DNA of 64,000 nt, from the NCBI GenBank assembly GCA_951406725.2, contig OX597823.1, positions 91,574,001 to 91,638,000 of the forward strand, in the 5' to 3' direction. Under the pieces are notes generated by a model. The model was not told where the DNA came from, searched no databases, and saw nothing but the letters and a program-made list of their open reading frames with translations. Shown here one piece after another: positions 55,788 to 64,000 of this stretch (the first letter of the stretch is position 1; the number at the start of each line of letters is the position of its first letter). Made by a program: the position numbers and the translations under genes. The DNA comes from Octopus vulgaris (taxonomy: Eukaryota).

Positions 55788-56874
55788 TGGTATTGGTATC
55801 CAGAAGACCCAAGATGGCAGATAAGGCTAAATAAGTGCTATGGGAAGACTGTAGTTAGGTTCTTGTCTTGGCTCGGTAATAATACAAGAGAGGCGCCTAA
55901 TCCACACCTTGTGCGAGCGTGTGTATGTTAAATAAAATGAGACAACAAAACTAAAGCTGTGTGGAATTAACAGGACATTTATAAAGAGAAAGGTTGTCTA
56001 CCTTTTGCTTTATAAATGTCCTATAAATTCCACACAGCCTTGGTTTTTTTTGTCTCATTTTATTTAACACAAACACACACACACACACACACGTACACTC
56101 AATATATACATACATATGCATACACATGTATAGTTTATGTATATATGTATATATAAATATAGTGTCTGCTATATATAACACAATATATAGCACTTCTGCT
56201 ATATATAATACAATTTGGATATATATTCGATATCTATTTGTAGATACATTGTAGGCTTGCTGCCTGAAACCTGCCATACTGTTTCTGTGTCTTCGGTTGG
56301 CGCTTTGCCATAATTGTCACTAAACCAGCTGCCATTTTTGCATTTATTTCTCTTGTAATGTTACAGAACATTTTGATATGTATTCGTTTTTCCGAAATAA
56401 ATTTTCTTTTGAAGTGCATATAACAGTTAGAACAGGCTGTTTAATTTGTCACTGATTGACAACCAATAAAAATATTGTGAAGAAATATCGATAAACTCTG
56501 CCATTACGCTAGAAATCTAACAGCTATTTATCAATTTACACTTTCAGTTAAAAACTAATGGAATAAATTGCATTAGATTCCAGAATTGCCAGAGAACGAT
56601 GCCATCAGAGGTATGAGGAATAGTTACTCCTCAGTTTAAACCATTTTATTCTCCCGTGTGATTGAACAAAAATGTGTTATGATGTCATTAAAATCTATCC
56701 CTGGGGGAGTTTAATGACGTAAATGTAAATAAATTTTGCATTTATCGTTAGTTAGATGTTTGATTGTGTTAAAGGGGTGTGGCGAATAACCTCCGAAAAG
56801 AGGCAAAACTGAAGTGTTAATTAGTTTGTTGCTCACACATTTATAGCGATAACGATGCGGGATATGTCTCTTAT

Positions 56875-57345
56875 CTTTCACTTGTTTCACTCTATAGACT
56901 GCGGCCATGCTGGGGTACCACCTTGAAGAATTCGTAATTAAAAAAAAACAACAAAAAGACGGTAATTGTTTTTTTTTCAAGCCTGGTACTTATTCTATCA
57001 GTCTCTTTTGCCAAACTGCTAATATATGGGGATGTAAACACACCAACACAGGTTATCAAATGAGGGTGGGGGAACAAACACAGATACAAAAATGCCCCCC
57101 CCCGCATACACTTATATCTATGTGTGTGTGTGTCTGCATCCGTGTTTGTTCCCCACCCCCATTCTACAAACGATGTTGGTGTGTTTACATCCCCATAACT
57201 TAGCAGTTAGACAAAAGAATCTGATAGAATGAATAACAGTCTTTAAAAAAATGAGTACCGGGGTTGATTCATTTGACAAAAAGAATCTTCAAGGCAGTGC
57301 TCCAGCATGGCCATGGTCTGATGACTGAAAAAAGTAAAAGAAAAA
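56875..57345. mobile_element. Two SINE-B tails in inverted orientation
   Basis: Minus-strand tail 56875-57110 followed by plus-strand tail 57120-57345. Confidence 0.7.
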
Positions 57346-57689
57346 AAATCACATTACTGAAATCTCAGTGCTCTGAGATGATGTCTGATTACTTCCTCAC
57401 AATGTGAATCAATAAGCACTAGATTCGACTGATTGATTTGAAGGCTAAAGGCATTAGTCTTCGACTAGATTCTCTGATGTTTGTCCTCGATTAAAAGCTA
57501 GACTATACTCCTTGTATTAAATCAGATATCTTTTGTGTAAAGTTTGTGAGTTGGTGAAAGAGTACCAGGATATGGAAATGGTGTCTTCAGTTGAAAGAAA
57601 TATGTCAAATGTCTACAGAGTCATGTCTTGCAAACAACTTGCACATGCAAGTGCTACCAGTCGAGAACTCTGCATATCAGAAGCCAGTA

Positions 57690-57985
57690 AGTGTATGGGG
57701 TCATCAGGAGAGAATGCGCACCGTTTCAGGGCCTATCTCTTCACAGCATCGATGCGCACCAGCCCCACTCACGGATATGAGGCCCTGCTTGTTTCATTAT
57801 CTCTTTTTAACCAAATCTAGTGGCTGGCCTTCTCCACTGTAGTTTGGATATCGGTCATGGTGGTATTGACTTTACGATGAGTTAGGCCTAGCGATAACAA
57901 CAGTCGTCTCACACTCTGTCCATCAAACCCTCTGCATCCAACTTCGATTGGAAAATGCTCCGCTTTCCAGCCTGTGTCTTCACAA
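57690..57985 (-). pseudogene. 3' end of an RLE-type LINE (HERO/R2-group-like)
   Basis: CEDTGWKAEHFPIEVGCRGF..SVRRLLLSLG..VEKASH matches the C-terminal restriction-like endonuclease motif. Confidence 0.65.
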
Positions 57986-58467
57986 GATGGTAGAATATGA
58001 GAAGTATAAAGTTCCAGTGGTAATCTAGGTGGAGTGGTGGTAATTTGGTTCAGGAGAGGTAACAAAGGTCTGTGAAAGAGTCAGGAAAGGAGATGTGGGT
58101 CCAAGAGAGGAGGAAGTTTGGTCAGGCAGGATCAAACTTGGGTGACTACATGAATGTATATTATATATGGTTCAAAATTGTAAAAGGAAAATAAAAGACA
58201 AATGACAGAGACAGATGAGGGAACAACAAATAAGGCGTATGAGTCTGATGCACATGAAAAATGGAAGTGTCTTTGATATATATATAGATATATATATATA
58301 ATTATAAATTAGTTATAAGAATTCAATAGAATCTAGGCACATCAGCATGTAGGATGCCAGAAATGGCTAGGTACAATAACATATAATTTACATTGAAGTA
58401 AACAACAATGAAGGTATCAAGAGCTGGTAGGATACCAATATATCATCATCATCATCACCATCATCAC

Positions 58468-58515
<48 letters not shown>

Positions 58516-58811
58516 AATCTTCATCATCATCATCACTTAATGTCTGTTTTCTATGCTGGCATGGGTTGGATGGTTTGATCAGTGCTGGCAAGCCAGAGAG
58601 CTGCAACAAGTTCCTGTCTGATTTGGTCAGATGCCCTTCCTAAAACCATCCACTTAACAGTGTGTACTGGATGCTTTTAATCTGGCATCTCACGAACGCT
58701 TTTACGTGGTATTGGCACGAGTGCTTTTAATGTGGAACCTGTATATATACAGTTCTATATTTAAGAGATGAGGAATTATATACATTATTTACATTATATA
58801 CATTATTTACA

Positions 58812-59300
58812 TTTGACGGATATTTGTCCTCATCTTGTTTGTTGTTAACACAACGTTTCAGCTAATATACCCTCCAGCCTTCATCAGATGTCTTAGGGAA
58901 ATTTTGAACCACAAGCATAGTGGTTAAGATTGTTTGATTCCAGGCAATAATCTGAAAAATAACAATAATAATGATAAGCGATGTTGAATAATAAGTGATG
59001 AATAATAATAATGGCCCCTGTGTTGGTGGCACGTAAAAAGCACCCACTACACTAATGGAGTGGTTGGCGTTAAGAAGGGCATCCAGCTGTAGAAACACTA
59101 TCAGATCAGGCTGGAGACTTGCGCAGCCCCATGGTAAACGAGGATGATGATGATGATGTATAAGATTGAAAACTACCTTAGGAATGTGAACCCAGGTTCA
59201 AAAATGTCCCCATGACATCTGATGAGGGCTTGGAGGGTATATGAGCTGATATGTTGTGTTAACAACAAACAAGATGAGGACAAATATCCATGAATTGTAA
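58812..59300. repeat. Inverted pair of HHR-containing pLTR-like repeats around a family C fragment
   Basis: 58812-58910 vs 59195-59300. Minus copy: gacat CTGATGA a ggct..agct GAAA cg TT gtgtt (58846-58892); the plus copy is decayed (GATA). Confidence 0.8.
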
Positions 59301-60136
59301 ATAACATAAATAATGTACCTGTATATATAGTTTAAAATTGTATAAAAAGAAAAACTAAAAGACAGAGACGGGTGAGGGAACAACAGACAAAGTGTATTAA
59401 TTTGGTACTCAGGAAGAAGGGAAGAATCATTAATGCTTTGAGCCTGTGCTCTTCTACAGAAAGGAATGAGGAAAGTAAACAGATGGAGAAACACGATGAG
59501 CTAAGTTCTATAAAAATCTGATGAAACTGATGGTGAATTCTTTATTAGTTTTGTATTTGAAATTTTTCCCTCTTCAAACATATGTATGAGTGTATTTATA
59601 AACGTGAGTGTAGGTTTGAGTGTGTGAACATACGTCCATGTGTGTCAGTCTATATATTTATCAATTATAGAAAATTCCTTCAATAATATTGTGTAATTTC
59701 CTTCAGTAGATGTTCAGAAATTCCCAATATTTCGATGTTGCTTCTCATGTCATGACATTTCTTTGTTCAAAACTATGTTTCGGATGTTTTATTTATTTAC
59801 AGATTATTTGTACATTTATTTGTCTATTTAATGTTGCTTTTTCTCCAGGGTTATCCAGTTGCATCTCTATAGAATATTTCGAAACTAGGAATTACAGAAA
59901 CATATTTCGTCGGAAAAATAAACTGTCAAAAGCATGGAGAGAAGAACTGGATACCTGGAGATACATATTTAACAACGGATCGTCAGTGAATATTATATCA
60001 TGATATATGGTGACATAGTAAGCATACGTCACTTAGTAACAAACACCAACAAACACCAACCGCATTTCTTCCACCCACCTATGACTCTCAAGAACATTTA
60101 TCATGTCTACCTAATTTATAAGCAGAATATATATAC

Positions 60137-60218
<82 letters not shown>

Positions 60219-62554
60219 TTACACACATGCACATACGCAAAGTCAGTCCTGTACTTGGTTTTCTTATTCTCCATATATACAAGTATTTATAGCTTGTACC
60301 AGTGACATGTCCTATGTGCAGCACAAACTGCAATTATTCAACCTAGAAAAACATACATGAGCTAATGGTGGAGCCTGTATGTGGTCACTCAACCATCTAT
60401 AAATGGTTGCCTAATTTCCTCAAGATCCCAACTCCATCATTCTATAAAGAGTCCAGATACAGGAGATGGTTAAATATAGATATTTTCTTTTGGTTATAAA
60501 ACTGCATTGAATACAATGTATTATATCTTTAAGATATAGAATTGCCACAACCATGGTTGTGTGGTAAGAAGTTTGCTTCCCAACTACATGGTTCCGGGTT
60601 CAATCCCACTGCATGGTACTTTGGGTTTTCAACTATAGTCTAGGTCTAACCAAAGCTTCATCAGTGGATTTCGTGTCTCGAAGTGTGCTGCATATTCTCT
60701 ATTTGGATATATTTGGGGTACTTAAGTGTACACATGGCTTTGTGTATGCTTGTTCCATGTGTGCAAGTGGGTATTTCATTTATTTTCTTAATGTATTTAC
60801 TGCTGATGACAAGAAAACTCTTTATGAATTAACTCAGATATCGGACCAATTTGGTAATAATAGAATTTTCAGGGATTTCTGTCAGCTTGCTTTGAGATGC
60901 AAGCTTTTAGTGATGAATTATATGAAGTTTTTGACAATTTAAAGTCTATTCTCAGCGTATTTGGTACAGGAATTTTATTCTTTTGCCCTTATTTATAAGT
61001 TGTTTATAATTTTGACCTTAAAAGGTATTTTTTAATATGCTGGCCACTGATTGAATTTTTTGAAAATTTTTTCCTATATTAGATGTGTATGTGTGTGTGT
61101 GTGCATATATATATATATATATACATACATATATATATATATTTCTGTGTGAGTTAGTGTACCCAACTTTTCATACCCAAGCTTTGGTTATTGTGTGGAA
61201 ATCTCGCAATTGAGTGTTATATATGGGCAAGGGTAAAAAGTGATTTACCTTTAATTTATATGGCAAATATCTACTGGCCGATGTAAGTCTTTTTTGCATC
61301 CTCTCCATTTTCTTATTTGCCATATACATATATATATATGTGTGTGTGTATATATATATATATATATGTAGATATATATATATCTGTGTGTGTGTGTCTC
61401 TTTGTTTGTCCCTTACCTTCACTTGACAACCGGTGTAGGTGTGTTTATATCCTTGTAACTTAGCTGTTCAACAAAAGAGCTGAATAGAATAAGTATTAGG
61501 CTTTAACATCGTCCTCCCCTCAAAAAAAAAAAAACACGAGTACTGGGTTGATTTGCTTAACTGAAATTCTTCAAAGCAGTGCCCCAGCATGGCCACAGTC
61601 AGATGCCTGAAGCAAATAAAAGACTAAAGATGAAACGTGTGAGTGTGTGTGTGTGTGTGTGTGTGTTGCTGCTTGATGTATAGAGAAAGGATTATTTTTG
61701 CCCCTTTGAGTGCTGCTAATACTCTGCAGGTTTCAATTAGAGCTTGACCACTGACGGTATTTTGTCAGACACAATCATTGTAATCAGGGATTATAACATT
61801 AGATTTTATCTGCTGGGAGAAATGAATTAGCATATATTTTCCATTTTTCTTTGCTGATGGCTAATTGTTTAACACATAATGAAATTCTTGTATCTAGAAG
61901 CTTCCCAACTATTTTTAGTAGGAATATAGCAATAATTATAGTGAGATGAACTCTAGAAATAAGCTGAAATCTTTTAATTATATTCCTATTATTGTGGTAT
62001 ATAGCTTGATTTACTATTATCACCTTCAGTCGCATTATGCTACTGCTGCTGCTACTGCTGCCACAATGAAAACTACAGCTAATAATAATAATAATAAACT
62101 AATCATGACAGAAGGCTAGCAATTTTAGAGGGACGGGGTTAGTCATTTACGTTAACCCCCAGTATTTGACGGGTATTTTGATTTTATTGACCATAAAAGG
62201 ATGGGAAGTAAATTTGACCTTTGTGGTATTTGAACCAGCTCGGTCATGTGACTCTTAGAGGCTGCAACTTTTTTGTTTCGAGGCCTCCATCCCTTCAATG
62301 AAAATTCATAATCTACGCACTTTTTATTCATGGCTATATTTTACTTTATTCTCTCTGAAGTTCAATATTTCACATCAACCAAAAGAACATCTTTAAAAGT
62401 ACAACATGTTAAAATTATTTAGGTCGATTCCAAATTTCAACAAGTAAAACGATTCTGGATAAAATGCTTACGTCACTTCGTCCATGTCTTTTGGTCTGAA
62501 GTCTTGTCTTTTGTCCAATTTTAAATAAGCTTTTTTTGAAAACAAGGTGAAAAC

Positions 62555-62835
62555 AAGCTGGAGCACCACCTTTAGTCAAGCAAATCGAGCCCATGACTTA
62601 TTCTTTATAAGCCTAGTTCTTATTCTATCGGTCTCTTTTGCCGAACCGCTAAGTTACGGGGACGTAAAGGCGCCAGCATCGGTTGTCAGGCAATGGAGGA
62701 GGGACAAATACAGACACACTAACATATACATATATATATATCTATATACGATGGGATTCTTTCAGTTTCTCCCTACCAAATCCACTCACAAGGCTTTGGT
62801 TGGCCCGAGGCCATATTAGAAGACACTTGCCCAAT
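62555..62835 (-). mobile_element. SINE family B (head truncated)
   Basis: Matches 2230-2520. Confidence 0.8.
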
Positions 62836-64000
62836 GTTTTCAACCATTGAGAATTTTATTGATAAGATTTGTCATGGGACAAAAAAAATCATCGGACCAA
62901 AAGATGTCGGACCGAAAGACGTTTGATGATGTGACGTCAGATGAAAAGACATAGCAACGAAATAAAGTGTCTTGCTCAAGAACACAATGCACCATTGAGA
63001 ATTGAACTCACAACCTTATAATCATGAGCCGAAAACCCTGACTATGGATCCACATGGCTCAACTATTGAGAGATTAAAGCATGAAACACAGACAGGCAGA
63101 TAGGCACAGAGAATCTTGCTGTTATGAAGATATGGGACTAACCCAGCATCCAGGTTATATTTGCCCATATCTCAGGCTTCTTCCTTGGCACCCATCTCAG
63201 TACTGTCTGGTTACACTTCATTGCTTGCTTGATGATCTTTGATGAATCGTCTCCTTCCAATGAAAAAGATATCGAACATTATAACAATTTTGAGCAGCTA
63301 ACATCTGTTCTTCCTTTTTGCCATTTCTTATGATGGTGAAAATCCCTCTCCCTTATGGTTACAACCCCATAATGTCATCTTTACATTTCATTGTGCGTTA
63401 TGAGAAATTTCAGATCAGTTACATCAGATTTCAAATCGTTTTAGACAGTTTCTGATTGGCCGTTACAAAGTGCTTTGCTTGTTTCTTTGTCAGCAGATGA
63501 GGGACATATTCCAGGACAGCTTGACCCATCTTCAACACTTGTCTTTTAAAATAATGTGCCTTTAACTGTTGCAGGTGCTTCTTCAGAAACATCATTGACA
63601 GTTTATATAAATGTGAGTGGATTTAGTAAATGGAAATTGAAGGAAGCCCATCGTATATAAGTATGTGTATGTGCATGAGTGTGTGTGTTTGTGTGTATAC
63701 ACACATACACACACACACCACACACACGCACACACACACATACACACACATATATATATATATTTCTGTGTGAGTTAGAGATTGGGAAACCAACCAAGGG
63801 ATAGTATTTATCCAATAGACTGCTGGTAGTTTACCTAATTTTTCATACCCAAGTTTTGGTTATTGTGTGGAAATCTCACAATTGAATATTATATATGAGC
63901 ACGGGTAAAAAGTTATTTACCCTTAATTTATATGGCAAATGTCTACTGGCTGATGTAAGTCTTTTTTGTATCCTCTCCATTTTCTTATTTGCCATATATA

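Noticed and set aside
59849-60003. Possible terminal exon after tttttctccag
   Set aside because: Good acceptor, but the long open frame does not match the phase of the 38411 exon and no homology is recognised; insufficient support.

Overview
AT-rich, microsatellite-dense eukaryotic DNA, most likely octopus (cephalopod), inferred from its tRNA-derived SINE families. It is almost entirely intronic or intergenic. No intact gene is visible; there is one plausible internal exon (38411-38553). Most ORF-track entries are translated microsatellites. Recognisable content: at least four SINE-like families, a full-length decayed mariner, other Tc1/mariner remnants and MITEs, non-autonomous Helitron/Helentron elements, RTE and HERO-like LINE fragments, a solo LTR, and a Penelope-like (PLE) GIY-YIG remnant. 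The most striking signal is RNA-level: about 20 intact or decayed hammerhead ribozyme (HHR) motifs in short non-coding repeats. One family (9847, 15248, 51292, 52393) carries the three HHR strands in a non-circularly permuted order. Its stems show compensatory base changes, and at 51.2-52.7 kb it lies in a retrozyme-like direct-repeat element. All alignments and folds were done by eye, and element boundaries are approximate unless a TSD or TIR is quoted.
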